A DNA stretch of 64,000 nucleotides from a bacterium. Lineage in GTDB: Bacteria > Patescibacteriota > Minisyncoccia > Phycocordibacterales > UBA12088. Where the stretch lies: the NCBI GenBank assembly GCA_003252295.1, contig QKEV01000017.1, forward strand, positions 100,488-164,487. The letters run 5' to 3'. The position numbers were made by a program, and so were the translations under genes. Positions 11,171 through 21,115 of the stretch are shown piece by piece; the stretch's first letter is position 1, and each line of letters opens with the position of its first letter. Under the pieces are notes generated by a model that was not told the DNA's origin, ran no database searches, and saw only the letters and a list, made by a program, of their open reading frames with translations.

Positions 11171-12397
11171 ATGAAGAAAGCATTAGAAACGTACAAGCAA
11201 CTACTTACACAAAAAACGCTCATATACATTTTGCTTCCAGTACTGTACATAGCAAGTTTTCTACTTGTTAACGCAGCAATTGATACGAGTTCTTCTATTA
11301 CTTCGAATGATAGTACTATTCTTGAAAGCAAAGAAGTGTCTAGTACACCCGTTACACTATCTGAACAGTACCCACCTGTCACAGGTGAACGAACAGTTGC
11401 TGTTATTCTTGTTAACTTTCTTGATGACCAAGATGAACCGGGTACACCAGAAAAAACCTTGGAAATCATGAGTGAAGTGTCTGATTACTTCGAGGAAGTT
11501 TCATATGGTGCAGTACATCTATCAACAGATGTCTATGGATGGTGGACTCTTCCATTTGACACATCACGTTGCACAGAACAGGGTTCACACCTTGTTGGTC
11601 TTGATATTAAAAAGGAAGCAATAAGGCGTGGTGTAAACCTATCACCATACAATCATGTGATATTTGTTTTCAACAAGAGACAGGGTTCTTGGTGTAAGGG
11701 TGGATTAGGAACAGTTATGGGAGGGCAGGGTATGGTTTGGCTAACATGGGAGGACACATATGCCGGTGAAAAGACGAGTTTTGACAGCTTATATGGCATC
11801 AGTAGAATCGTCCATGAAATTGGCCATAATTTAGGACTGAAGCATGCAAACAGACTTGATTGCGGTGAGACAACTTTTGGTGACTCCTGCACAACTATCG
11901 GCTACGGGGATTTCTATGATGCCATGGGAACCCTATCGCAATATCGAGCATCACACTTTAATGCTTTCCAAAAAATGAAGCTGGGTTGGATAAGCGATGC
12001 ACAAGACATCGAAAATAGAATACAGACAATCACTGAGGATGGGGAATACTTTATAGATACCTACGAAACACCTGGTGGCATAAAAGCACTTCGCTTTCCA
12101 CGAGGTCCAGGAATAAAAGGTGGCACCGACTACTACTACATAGAGTATCGGCAACCTATTGGTTGGGATACAGAACTGAAAGAGGGAACACACACTGCCA
12201 CTAATGGTGTGCTCGTTCACCTTGGTAATGACACCATAGACAACTCCAGTCGTTTACTCGACATGCAACCAACAAACACAACAGGACATGAACTTTTACA
12301 AAGAAACACCTTTAAAGATACTGAAACAGGGGTAGAGATACAGCTCCTCGACACGAGCACCAAAGGTGCAACTGTTAGGGTGAGGCTCGCTGAGTAG
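11171..12397 (+). CDS. Membrane-anchored zinc metalloprotease (metzincin, M11/M6-like)
   Basis: N-terminal TM helix; VILVNF, YFEEVSYG, HEIGHNLGLKH, YGDFYDAMG, FNAFQKMKLGWI, YYIEYR. Confidence 0.85.
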   Translation: MKKALETYKQLLTQKTLIYILLPVLYIASFLLVNAAIDTSSSITSNDSTILESKEVSSTPVTLSEQYPPVTGERTVAVILVNFLDDQDEPGTPEKTLEIMSEVSDYFEEVSYGAVHLSTDVYGWWTLPFDTSRCTEQGSHLVGLDIKKEAIRRGVNLSPYNHVIFVFNKRQGSWCKGGLGTVMGGQGMVWLTWEDTYAGEKTSFDSLYGISRIVHEIGHNLGLKHANRLDCGETTFGDSCTTIGYGDFYDAMGTLSQYRASHFNAFQKMKLGWISDAQDIENRIQTITEDGEYFIDTYETPGGIKALRFPRGPGIKGGTDYYYIEYRQPIGWDTELKEGTHTATNGVLVHLGNDTIDNSSRLLDMQPTNTTGHELLQRNTFKDTETGVEIQLLDTSTKGATVRVRLAE

Positions 12398-12414
12398 CAT
12401 TATTCCTCAAAACA

Positions 12415-12440
12415 AAAACCCTGGTAAAACCAGGGTTTTT
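12415..12440. terminator. Bidirectional terminator
   Basis: AAAAACCCTGG-taaaa-CCAGGGTTTTT between convergent genes. Confidence 0.75.
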
Positions 12441-12458
12441 ATATAACTTAGTTATTCT

Positions 12459-12878
12459 CTAGTAGAGTGAGGTACCAAAAAAGTCTACTATTGGACCTGC
12501 CCCAACCACCTCACATGAGCAAACTTCATCGTCATCGTCGTCATCGTCGTCATCGTCACTACTACCACCATCCTGACCACAGATAATGAGATGGCATTCT
12601 TTGTAACCCCATGCTACCCCTAACTGCCAAGCGGTAGGGTAAGGTCTGTAGTGTTCATACATCCTGTACATTGCCGGACAGTACATGAAATCTCCTCCTC
12701 TTGGACCTCCAAGAGTGATCAGGTTGCATGGCTCACATTCACAGTAGATTATATTGAGGGCTCTCCCTCCCATAAGTGCAGCTTGTGCCTCACTTGATGG
12801 TGTTGGAACAAGAACACCAGACAAAGCAACTACTGCAATACACATTGAAAATACAGTGTTTTTTAGTTGATTGATCAT
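12459..12878 (-). CDS. Secreted Cys-rich small protein with poly-Asp insert
   Basis: Signal peptide ending AQA; YCECEPC, C-terminal GTS; D-rich tract. Confidence 0.7.
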   Translation of the reverse strand: MINQLKNTVFSMCIAVVALSGVLVPTPSSEAQAALMGGRALNIIYCECEPCNLITLGGPRGGDFMYCPAMYRMYEHYRPYPTAWQLGVAWGYKECHLIICGQDGGSSDDDDDDDDDDEVCSCEVVGAGPIVDFFGTSLY

Positions 12879-13987
12879 ATTTCTAAAATAAATGACTTTG
12901 CATTGCTAATACCATTCACATTCACCACAGTAATCCACACCTCCTCTTGTGTCGTCACGATTTTTGCATCGAGGTTTGCCCGCACAAGCTTCTTTTCGAA
13001 TGGTTCATAGTCAAACACGAATGTTTTTTCGTCGTTAGACTTCATGTGATTGAATTCTGTCTGACTTGTTATAATGTCATTCTCTGTACTTGTGAAGTTA
13101 GTTCCAGTAATCGTTATCTCGTCTCCTTGCTCTATCATCTCAGGTGTAATACTTGTGATAGTTGGTGCGCCTGGTCCATTCTTATCTCCTATCCATATCA
13201 CTGTATCGTACTCACTCTCAGTATCTTCATCACGAACATTTACTTGATATTTTCCTGGTGTAAGACCTGGAACAGTAATACTTAGTTCAGTACCATTACT
13301 TGAAACAAGTTCACTCTCCATCAACTCACTGTTCCACAAAACATCAATTTTCTTACCTGTTCCAAACCCTTCTCCAGTGAGTGTTACCTTGTCTCCTGGA
13401 AAAGCATAGTTTGATGAAGCGTAGTGAAGGTCAATTTTTCCATCTATATTTCCCGAAGAGCTTATTTCTCCCATATCACCCCCCTCTAAACTGTACTCTT
13501 GCCGTTGCCATTTTGGTGTACTACACACCTCATCACCACAACCACACTTCCATCTGCCATCGATTTTTTGGCAAATATAGGCTAAAACCTTACCTTTTTC
13601 GCCACTTTTGACACCAACAAGATCAGTTGTTGCTGCACCCACTATCCACGGACCAACGGTTTTTTCTCCAGAAAAGGTGATCTTTTGCCATTTTCCATCT
13701 ACCCTTTCGTATCCATACTTGTATATGTATTGTGTCGAGAGACCGTTTCCAATGTAAGCGGTAGCAGACCCTTCACCTTTACATGTCACAAGCATGAGCA
13801 GTTCATTTGTTGTGCTAAAAAGATCAACAGGACTTCCATAATCACTGGAAGCAAGTGTGTTTTTACTAGTAATAGTATGACAAACAGTGTACATGTCCGT
13901 CTCTGATGCGGCTTTCACCTCACCAGCACCCATCAAACAAAGAGGGCAGGCAAGGAGTAGGAACAACACCTTAAAATATTTACTCAT
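12875..13987 (-). CDS. Secreted protein with Cys-rich N-domain and two IPT/TIG-like domains
   Basis: Signal peptide; CQKIDGRWKCGCGDEVC; GDKVTLTGEGF and PTITSITP...ITITGTNF. Confidence 0.75.
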   Translation of the reverse strand: MSKYFKVLFLLLACPLCLMGAGEVKAASETDMYTVCHTITSKNTLASSDYGSPVDLFSTTNELLMLVTCKGEGSATAYIGNGLSTQYIYKYGYERVDGKWQKITFSGEKTVGPWIVGAATTDLVGVKSGEKGKVLAYICQKIDGRWKCGCGDEVCSTPKWQRQEYSLEGGDMGEISSSGNIDGKIDLHYASSNYAFPGDKVTLTGEGFGTGKKIDVLWNSELMESELVSSNGTELSITVPGLTPGKYQVNVRDEDTESEYDTVIWIGDKNGPGAPTITSITPEMIEQGDEITITGTNFTSTENDIITSQTEFNHMKSNDEKTFVFDYEPFEKKLVRANLDAKIVTTQEEVWITVVNVNGISNAKSFILEI

Positions 13988-14125
13988 GAAAAAATTGTAC
14001 CACAAGTAAACGTAGCTAAACGATTATTCCACACAGTCAGTATTAGGAGAAATGCAAAAAAATAATCCACAGTTTCTATGTAAATTGTCTTATGTGTATG
14101 AATAAGAGAGCGTATACTGATATGT

Positions 14126-15109
14126 ATGAAGAACCCGAAAACGGTGAGTTCTGCAAACCGTCACATGCTCATATTTACTTCGCTGGTAGTGTGTGCGTTT
14201 GTTGGTATGGTTGCTTTCGTGTTCACACGTGATACTACGCAGGTTATACAGAACGACACACTTGCTGTAAACGAGTTGAATGGTTTCGACATGACATATG
14301 AGGAAGATACTGACGGCGACGGACTTGCAAACTGGGAAGAGACACTCTGGGGTACCGACCCAGAGAATGCTGATACTGACGGTGACGGTATTCGAGATAA
14401 GGAGGACGTGTTTGCAAACAGTGAAACTGCTTTTGCTATTGATGATCAATCATCCTCAGGTAACAACAGCGCAAACCTAGTATCACGAAACAGTGATGGA
14501 ACCGAAACACCAGACAATGCCACAGGGATACTTTCAAAGGAAATGTTCAGTGCATACATGCTTACACTCAAGAACGGGGAAACATTCACACAAGAAGATC
14601 AAGACCTTGCCTTTACTCGTGCTCTTGATGAAGCTGCTCCACAGCTGACCCCACCTAGGTACACCATAAATGATGTACATACGGTACCAGCAACTGATGC
14701 AAATAGGGCTCGCTACGTAAAGTCAGTACTAGAAACATTTCAAAACATGATTGATGGTGTGGTAAGTGAAAAAAAATCACTCTATGATATCGGACAGGGA
14801 AACACCGACCAAGGAGTAAGTGATTTGAAGAAAACTGTTGCAAACTACAAACAGTACACACAAACACTAGAAGACATGTCAGTGCCAAATGACGCTATAG
14901 AGACACACCATACCTTGGTGCAGAAACTGCTCACATACGTGTACATAGTAGAAGGTTTGAGTATGCTCAATGAAGATCCTGTACGTGCAGCTACAGCACT
15001 TCAACTGTTCAGCTACACCTACGGTGAATTGAATGCTTCATATGGGTTATTCACGACCTATGTGAAAAGCAATAGCGAGAGCATTATCAATGGTGGTGGC
15101 TTACGTTAA
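14126..15109 (+). CDS. Membrane-anchored protein with thrombospondin type-3-like Ca-binding repeats
   Basis: N-terminal TM helix; DTDGDGLANWEE.LWGTDP..ADTDGDG. Confidence 0.75.
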   Translation: MKNPKTVSSANRHMLIFTSLVVCAFVGMVAFVFTRDTTQVIQNDTLAVNELNGFDMTYEEDTDGDGLANWEETLWGTDPENADTDGDGIRDKEDVFANSETAFAIDDQSSSGNNSANLVSRNSDGTETPDNATGILSKEMFSAYMLTLKNGETFTQEDQDLAFTRALDEAAPQLTPPRYTINDVHTVPATDANRARYVKSVLETFQNMIDGVVSEKKSLYDIGQGNTDQGVSDLKKTVANYKQYTQTLEDMSVPNDAIETHHTLVQKLLTYVYIVEGLSMLNEDPVRAATALQLFSYTYGELNASYGLFTTYVKSNSESIINGGGLR

Positions 15110-15120
15110 GCACTTAGTTA

Positions 15121-16617
15121 ATGATCATCATGTTTTCAAAACTTAAAAACTCTTTCACAGCCCTCATCATCGTAACTCTCCTTGCGCCAGGTTTTTACTT
15201 TGGTATGCAACCAGCTCCGAAAGCTGAGGCGGACATGGCAGGTATTATTGGTGACATTGTTGGTGCAGGAGTGTCATATGTTATGTGTGAGTATGGTGAC
15301 GAACTCATGGGTGCACTTGGTGATCTCTTGGGTGGTGCTATTGAAGGACTGTTTGGTGATTTCTTAGGTGACTTCGGCAGTATTTTGGGATTTGGTGATG
15401 ATAAGGATGGTGATGGAACAGGTGATGGGGTTGATTACAAAGTAGCTTTTCAAGATGCAGTACCTACAAATGAACAAAACAAATCTGTTGTTTTGAATAC
15501 GAACTCTATTGCACGTGGTACTGAAACACAGGTGTACAAAGAGTGTGTACTTGACCCGGCTGCCTGGGTGGTGAAAGCCATTCTTGTGAACACTATTACA
15601 CAAGACATTCTCGATTGGGTTAATGGTGGCTTCTATGATGGTCCGGTATTTTTGAGAGATCCTATTGAGTTTATGAAAAACCTTGCTGAGTCAATGCTCT
15701 TTAGCTTCTTGGAAGACTCTGGTCTTGCTGATGCACTCTGTACGCCATTTAGAGACTATACAATAGACTTTGTACGTAATACTGCTACACAACCTACCTT
15801 CAGTAAAACCGGCTTCAGTAGCGCGTCGTGTAACTTTGGCGAACTGGGTGGTGAAAGTAACTACATAGCTATGGTGGAGGATGGGGATATTTTAAGTGCA
15901 GGACTCACAGCCGCTGCAGCAATTACCCTTGAAGGTAACAACCCATACAGTGCGGTCTTCAATGTACAAGATGAAGCGTCACAACGTGTTGATCAAATTG
16001 TGAACCAGCAGATGACCCGTGTACAGTACAGTGATGGCTACTTTTCAATGGATTGTGATTACAATGGAACTGTTGATACCTGTACACCAGGTCAGTTGGT
16101 ATCAAAACAGGTCGACGATTGGCTCGGCGGTTCACTCTCAGAACTTGAAAATGCTGACGAAATAGGTGAGATCATTGATGCAGCAATAAGCTACATGGTA
16201 CATTCCATCTTCTCTGACTCCTCAACCGATGGTTTGCTTGAAGGTGGTCGCTTTGATGAGGAATATAACCCTGTTACTGGTGGTGAGATTTCGGACACAG
16301 CTACAGGTGGCACCCCTGACAACACAAACACTACCTTCCTCTGGAAACCATTCTCAAGTGCTACTGGTAAACTCGAGGTGCTTCTACCATCAACATTTGT
16401 TGACACCTGTAAAGTGACCGTCCAAGGTTCTTTGAAGACAGAAGTACTCGACTTTATAGGTAGGACAAATGGAAATAGACCTACTTATCGTGGTGATTTT
16501 GCAGGAAGTCTCTATGGTTCACCAGTAAAAGTTACTGCATCATGTCCTACTAGTGGCGGCGGTAACACTACCACTGTATGGAACGTCCCTAATGCAGCAG
16601 CAACGTTTACGAAATAA
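15121..16617 (+). CDS. Secreted T4SS-cluster-associated hypothetical protein
   Basis: Signal peptide (PKAEA), spaced Cys residues, position upstream of the VirB6-like gene. Confidence 0.65.
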   Translation: MIIMFSKLKNSFTALIIVTLLAPGFYFGMQPAPKAEADMAGIIGDIVGAGVSYVMCEYGDELMGALGDLLGGAIEGLFGDFLGDFGSILGFGDDKDGDGTGDGVDYKVAFQDAVPTNEQNKSVVLNTNSIARGTETQVYKECVLDPAAWVVKAILVNTITQDILDWVNGGFYDGPVFLRDPIEFMKNLAESMLFSFLEDSGLADALCTPFRDYTIDFVRNTATQPTFSKTGFSSASCNFGELGGESNYIAMVEDGDILSAGLTAAAAITLEGNNPYSAVFNVQDEASQRVDQIVNQQMTRVQYSDGYFSMDCDYNGTVDTCTPGQLVSKQVDDWLGGSLSELENADEIGEIIDAAISYMVHSIFSDSSTDGLLEGGRFDEEYNPVTGGEISDTATGGTPDNTNTTFLWKPFSSATGKLEVLLPSTFVDTCKVTVQGSLKTEVLDFIGRTNGNRPTYRGDFAGSLYGSPVKVTASCPTSGGGNTTTVWNVPNAAATFTK

Positions 16618-16640
16618 CAATTTGATCACATTACAAACCT

Positions 16641-18776
16641 ATGCACTACCTTCTAAAATATAAACGCACTATCGCCACCACTCTCTTACTAGCGTTTGTG
16701 GTTCCTGTGCTATCCTTGGGTTTTGGTGTGTCATCTACTGCCCAAGCGGCAACCGCAGTAGATCCTGTAAGTGACGGTATAGTAGTAAATCAAGATAATA
16801 TAAATGCACTTGAAGCTAAAAACGATTTGGATTTTGGTTGCTCTACAAGTTCACTGATCGGATGTCTTGCGTTTATCTCGTACTGGATCTTTCTCAAGCC
16901 AACCTTTGAGCTTGCAACATGGATGAGTATTCTCTTTAACCTATCATTCACCAAGTTTGTTGTTGGTATGGGACACTTGGTAAACAGTATGACTGGTGTA
17001 GATAAAGCGTGGCAGACCCTGCGTGACATAGGAAACATCTTTCTTGTATTTCTCCTTGTATATGTTGGTATAGCAACCATACTTGGTATTTCGGGATATG
17101 GCTATAAGCAGCTCCTCTGGAGAATAGTACTTGCTGCACTTTTGGTAAACTTTAGCATCACCTTTGCAAAGGTTGTTATTGATGTGTCAAATCTTTTGGC
17201 TATTGAAATGTATCAGGTATTTTTATCAAAAACATACGGCGATGCAACAGCTACAGCTTGTTCAAACTATGCAACCTCAGGTGCGGAACTTAGCAATACT
17301 GATAAAAATGATTGTAACGATAAAGGTATAGCTGCAGTTTTTTGGTCACAGTTACAGTTTACAACCATTTTTAATATTAATAATATACCCGCATCAGCCA
17401 GCAAAAGAGACGAACAATGGAAGATGGTTACTGCAGCACTCATGGGTGGTGTCATGTCACTTGTTATGGCCTTTGTCTTTGGTGCTACTGCCTTTTTCCT
17501 TGTAGCTCGTTTTGTTACCCTAATCTTCCTTATTGTGGTATCACCGATTGCGCTCATAGCATGGATCACTAAGGTCTCGGGTAGTGGTAGCAAATGGTGG
17601 CATTCTCTTTTAAATCAAAGCATGTTTGCACCACTCATCCTCCTCATGTGGTACGTTGCCTATCAGGTTCTTGAGAGCATGAAAGGAAAAGGTCCTTCTA
17701 TTGCTAACGGTGGTTTGGCTTCGGGTTCCATGGTGGATATATCAGGCATCAGTCTTTTTGTTACTTTTGTTTTAGGTACTGGTTTTCTCATTGCAGGACT
17801 TGTTGTCGCAAAACAGTTTGGTGCCTATGGTGCCAGTGCTGTTATGAGTACTGGAAAACAATGGTCACGACGAGGTGTAGGTTTGATCACAGGAACCGCT
17901 GGTGGTATTGCGGGTGGCACCATTGCAGGTACAGCACTTTTGGGTCGCCAAACAGTTGGCCGTGCTGCTAATAGGATAAAGGATAATGAGGCACTCAAAG
18001 AAGGTTCAGTAAGTAGCAATTTTGCAAAACGCTGGGCATCAAGAAGTGTTCGCTCTGCAAGTGGTAAACTAGCAGAAAGCAACTTTGATGCACGAGGACT
18101 TGTTACCAACAAGAAGTTGAGTAGTGCTATTGGCAAAGCTGGTGGTAAGGGTGGATACAACAAGTGGGCTGAAAACAAGCAGAAGAAAGAAGAAGAGCTA
18201 CATAAAGATGTAACAAAGTACACTGGTAATGCGGAAGACAGACAAGAACTAAAGAATAAACTCGACGCTGAAAGAGCTAGGAATGAAGAGTCTAGCAGGA
18301 TAGCTGCAAATGATCGTTCGACACACGAGACCGCTCTCAGACAGGCAAAATACGAACATGAGACCGCACGAACCAATGAAGAAATTGCTGCTGCTGAAGC
18401 CAAAGTTAAGACAGTTCAAGGTGACCTTGATGCAGCGAAAAAACTACAAGAGGAACATGAGTCAAAGAGGGCAGCAGAACGAGAAGCAATTCGAATAGAA
18501 CAGGAGAAGATGTACGAAGAGAAAGGTAAGGAGCGCGCGTCGAGAAATATTGACCGTCTAGCAAGTGAATCAACTCTCTATAACCTACCAACACGAAAGT
18601 GGAAAAAAGATGTTGCTAGTAAGTTGCGAAAAAACCAAGGTAAGTCTGAGAATGAACAAACCGCAGAAAAGATCAAGAAGGTGTTAGATGCAATGGGTGA
18701 GGATAAACCAAAAACTGACACGGATGCAGCACCTGCTGATAGTGGAGCAGACACTTCAGGTCAAAGCAGCAACTAA
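16641..18776 (+). CDS. VirB6/TrbL-like polytopic membrane protein with C-terminal coiled coil
   Basis: WQTLRDIGNIF, ALLVNFSITFAKVVID.SN, R...LIFLIVVSPIA; Gly-rich segment then coiled-coil tail. Confidence 0.75.
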   Translation: MHYLLKYKRTIATTLLLAFVVPVLSLGFGVSSTAQAATAVDPVSDGIVVNQDNINALEAKNDLDFGCSTSSLIGCLAFISYWIFLKPTFELATWMSILFNLSFTKFVVGMGHLVNSMTGVDKAWQTLRDIGNIFLVFLLVYVGIATILGISGYGYKQLLWRIVLAALLVNFSITFAKVVIDVSNLLAIEMYQVFLSKTYGDATATACSNYATSGAELSNTDKNDCNDKGIAAVFWSQLQFTTIFNINNIPASASKRDEQWKMVTAALMGGVMSLVMAFVFGATAFFLVARFVTLIFLIVVSPIALIAWITKVSGSGSKWWHSLLNQSMFAPLILLMWYVAYQVLESMKGKGPSIANGGLASGSMVDISGISLFVTFVLGTGFLIAGLVVAKQFGAYGASAVMSTGKQWSRRGVGLITGTAGGIAGGTIAGTALLGRQTVGRAANRIKDNEALKEGSVSSNFAKRWASRSVRSASGKLAESNFDARGLVTNKKLSSAIGKAGGKGGYNKWAENKQKKEEELHKDVTKYTGNAEDRQELKNKLDAERARNEESSRIAANDRSTHETALRQAKYEHETARTNEEIAAAEAKVKTVQGDLDAAKKLQEEHESKRAAEREAIRIEQEKMYEEKGKERASRNIDRLASESTLYNLPTRKWKKDVASKLRKNQGKSENEQTAEKIKKVLDAMGEDKPKTDTDAAPADSGADTSGQSSN

Positions 18777-18778
18777 GT

Positions 18779-19918
18779 ATGGAAAAAGAACTCGATCTTG
18801 AAACGTACATTGCACAGCAATGGAAAGCTCTTCCAAACCTCACCCAACAGGTCATCAAAGAGGGTACCTATCGTGAGGTTACACAGCAGGCCCTCAATAA
18901 AGCAGGCGCGGATAATACTGAGGAATACCTTGAGCAACTCTCTTTTGAGGCACTCATTGTGATACTCAACCTACAAACAGTGGATGATTTCAGAGAAAAC
19001 GTAAAACTTATTTCATCACTCACTGACACGCAAGTAGAAACCATTGTGCGTGAACTGAATGCTCAACTATTTTCTACACTCAACTCTGTGAATGAATCAT
19101 TTGAGGGTACGATACTTGAGCATATCTTCTTTGTGAAAAAGATTAATGACCTGTTTCTCAAACTACCTGCGGAAACGCAAGAGATAATACAGAAGCTCTC
19201 ATTTGACTGCATTGGCACCCTTGCACATAGACATCTGTTTAACAAAAAACAGATCAATGCGCTTCGCACCATGATCGCTGAGGTGATGGTTGGACTTATT
19301 AATACCACCGATTTTGTAAAACATGCACAAAATGACCTTGCTTTGTCCTACACCGATGCTGTTGCTGCTGCAAACGAGGTTGAAAAGGAGGTTTTTACAC
19401 CAGTACGTGAAAGCTTACTCAATGCGCTCACTCCAAAAAATGTAAAAGAGAAGGTGGTGAGTAAGCAGGAACAAAGTTATTCAGATGAGTGGAAAAAGAA
19501 AGTGGTAGAGGAACTCTACAAAGAAAAAGATGTGGTTGCAACAGAAAAGAAACTTCGCGATTACCTTATTGGCCTACATGATGACACCGATGATGGGGGT
19601 GAATGTATCAACAAAGAAGTAGATGCCTACATTAAGAAAAGGTGGCAAACACTACCTCCACTAGCTAAACGTGTACTTATTGAGAACACTTATAAAGAGA
19701 TCCTTCAGTTTGCACTCAATAAAGCTGACGCTGAGGATACCGAACCATACCTGCATGACTTACAGCTCGATATACTACTTGTGGTACTCGGTCTACTCCC
19801 AAAGAAGAGTTTCATTGAAAAAATGGATAGCAATACAGCTATAAAAAATAAAAAAGCTTTCACCAATGAACTCGATGCTCAAATTTTCTCTTCTATCATA
19901 CAGGATGAGACCGAGTAA
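18779..19918 (+). CDS. Hypothetical protein with three copies of a ~95-aa helical domain
   Basis: Internal repeats (W/F..LP.....I ... EL/V...F). Confidence 0.7.
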   Translation: MEKELDLETYIAQQWKALPNLTQQVIKEGTYREVTQQALNKAGADNTEEYLEQLSFEALIVILNLQTVDDFRENVKLISSLTDTQVETIVRELNAQLFSTLNSVNESFEGTILEHIFFVKKINDLFLKLPAETQEIIQKLSFDCIGTLAHRHLFNKKQINALRTMIAEVMVGLINTTDFVKHAQNDLALSYTDAVAAANEVEKEVFTPVRESLLNALTPKNVKEKVVSKQEQSYSDEWKKKVVEELYKEKDVVATEKKLRDYLIGLHDDTDDGGECINKEVDAYIKKRWQTLPPLAKRVLIENTYKEILQFALNKADAEDTEPYLHDLQLDILLVVLGLLPKKSFIEKMDSNTAIKNKKAFTNELDAQIFSSIIQDETE

Positions 19919-20004
19919 CACTTTGTATTGTATAAAAAACTCAGTACTGCAGGGCAGTCTGTAGTAAACTATACCTACGGCAGGGTAGAGTACCCAATTA
20001 AAGT

Positions 20005-20439
20005 ATGCGGTTTGCTGTTCCACAATTCATAGATGTTGAGGATAAGATTTTTGGACCTCTTACCTTGAAGCAGGCTATTTATCTTGCAGGAAGTATTGGT
20101 TTTACTGTAGCTGTATATCTTCGTTTTAACCTTTTTATTGCTGCTGTACTTGGCACACCTGTTCTACTGCTCGCCTTCCTTCTTGCTTTTATAAAAGTAC
20201 ATGGCAGACCATTTGTAAACGTACTCACCTCAGCAGTATTCTATGCGGCAAAAACAAAACTCTACTTGTGGAAACAAACACCAAAAAAGAAAGTTATTGT
20301 AAAAAGTGAACCAGTACAAGAAAAAACAACAACAGGACAACCTGCTACTTCAGGACTCACGCAATCTAACTTGAAAAAACTTGCATGGACGCTTGATACA
20401 GGTAACCCATTTGATAAACATAAAAAAACAAAACATTAG
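20005..20439 (+). CDS. PrgI family protein (VirB3-like)
   Basis: MRFAVPQFIDVEDKIFGPLTLKQ, two TM helices, GRPF, YLWK. Confidence 0.9.
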   Translation: MRFAVPQFIDVEDKIFGPLTLKQAIYLAGSIGFTVAVYLRFNLFIAAVLGTPVLLLAFLLAFIKVHGRPFVNVLTSAVFYAAKTKLYLWKQTPKKKVIVKSEPVQEKTTTGQPATSGLTQSNLKKLAWTLDTGNPFDKHKKTKH

Positions 20440-20446
20440 GAACTAT

Positions 20447-21109
20447 ATGCCTCAAGGAACAAACAAAGGAAAACCAAGTCAAGATTTTGTACCTATCGAA
20501 CAGGTGCGTGATGGTATTTTAGTACTGAAAGATGGTTCTATTCGTGCTGTTCTCATGGCCTCATCAATAAATATTGTTTTAAAAAGTGCAGATGAACAAG
20601 CAGCTATTCTTGGGCAATTTGAAAGTTTTTTAAATTCTCTTGATTTCTCGTTACAGATATTTATCCAATCACGTGAACTTGATATACGACCATACCTTAC
20701 TCTGCTTGAAAATCAGTTAGCTATACAGCAATCAGAACTTATGAAGATACAGGTACGAGAATATATTGAGTTTATCAAAAACTTCATAGAAGGTTCCAGT
20801 ATTATGACAAAGGGTTTCTATGTAGTGATTCCTTATTCAGCTCCTTCACTTGAAGTAAAAGCAACAACTGGTGGTATTTCGGCACTCTTCACCTCAAAAG
20901 AGGCGACAAACGAGCTTTCTCTTGAACTCTTTGAAGAGTACCGCTCACAGGTTGAGCAGAGAATCTCTGTGGTTACTCACGGACTTGCAAGGACTGGTGT
21001 ACATGTTGCCCAGCTTGGCACTGAAGAGGTGATAGAATTATTTTATAGAATGTTTAATATTGGTGAACTTGATAAACCAATGTCACTCACTAATATAACA
21101 ACTAGCTAA
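20447..21109 (+). CDS. TraC/VirB4 N-terminal-like protein
   Basis: SQDFVPIEQVRDG, FLNSLDFSLQI, FYVVIPY; lies between prgI and virB4. Confidence 0.75.
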   Translation: MPQGTNKGKPSQDFVPIEQVRDGILVLKDGSIRAVLMASSINIVLKSADEQAAILGQFESFLNSLDFSLQIFIQSRELDIRPYLTLLENQLAIQQSELMKIQVREYIEFIKNFIEGSSIMTKGFYVVIPYSAPSLEVKATTGGISALFTSKEATNELSLELFEEYRSQVEQRISVVTHGLARTGVHVAQLGTEEVIELFYRMFNIGELDKPMSLTNITTS

Positions 21110-21115
21110 TGTAGT

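Noticed and set aside
14025-14071. DnaA-box-like 9-mers in the T4SS divergent promoter
   Set aside because: Only mismatched matches in AT-rich DNA; cannot be distinguished from chance
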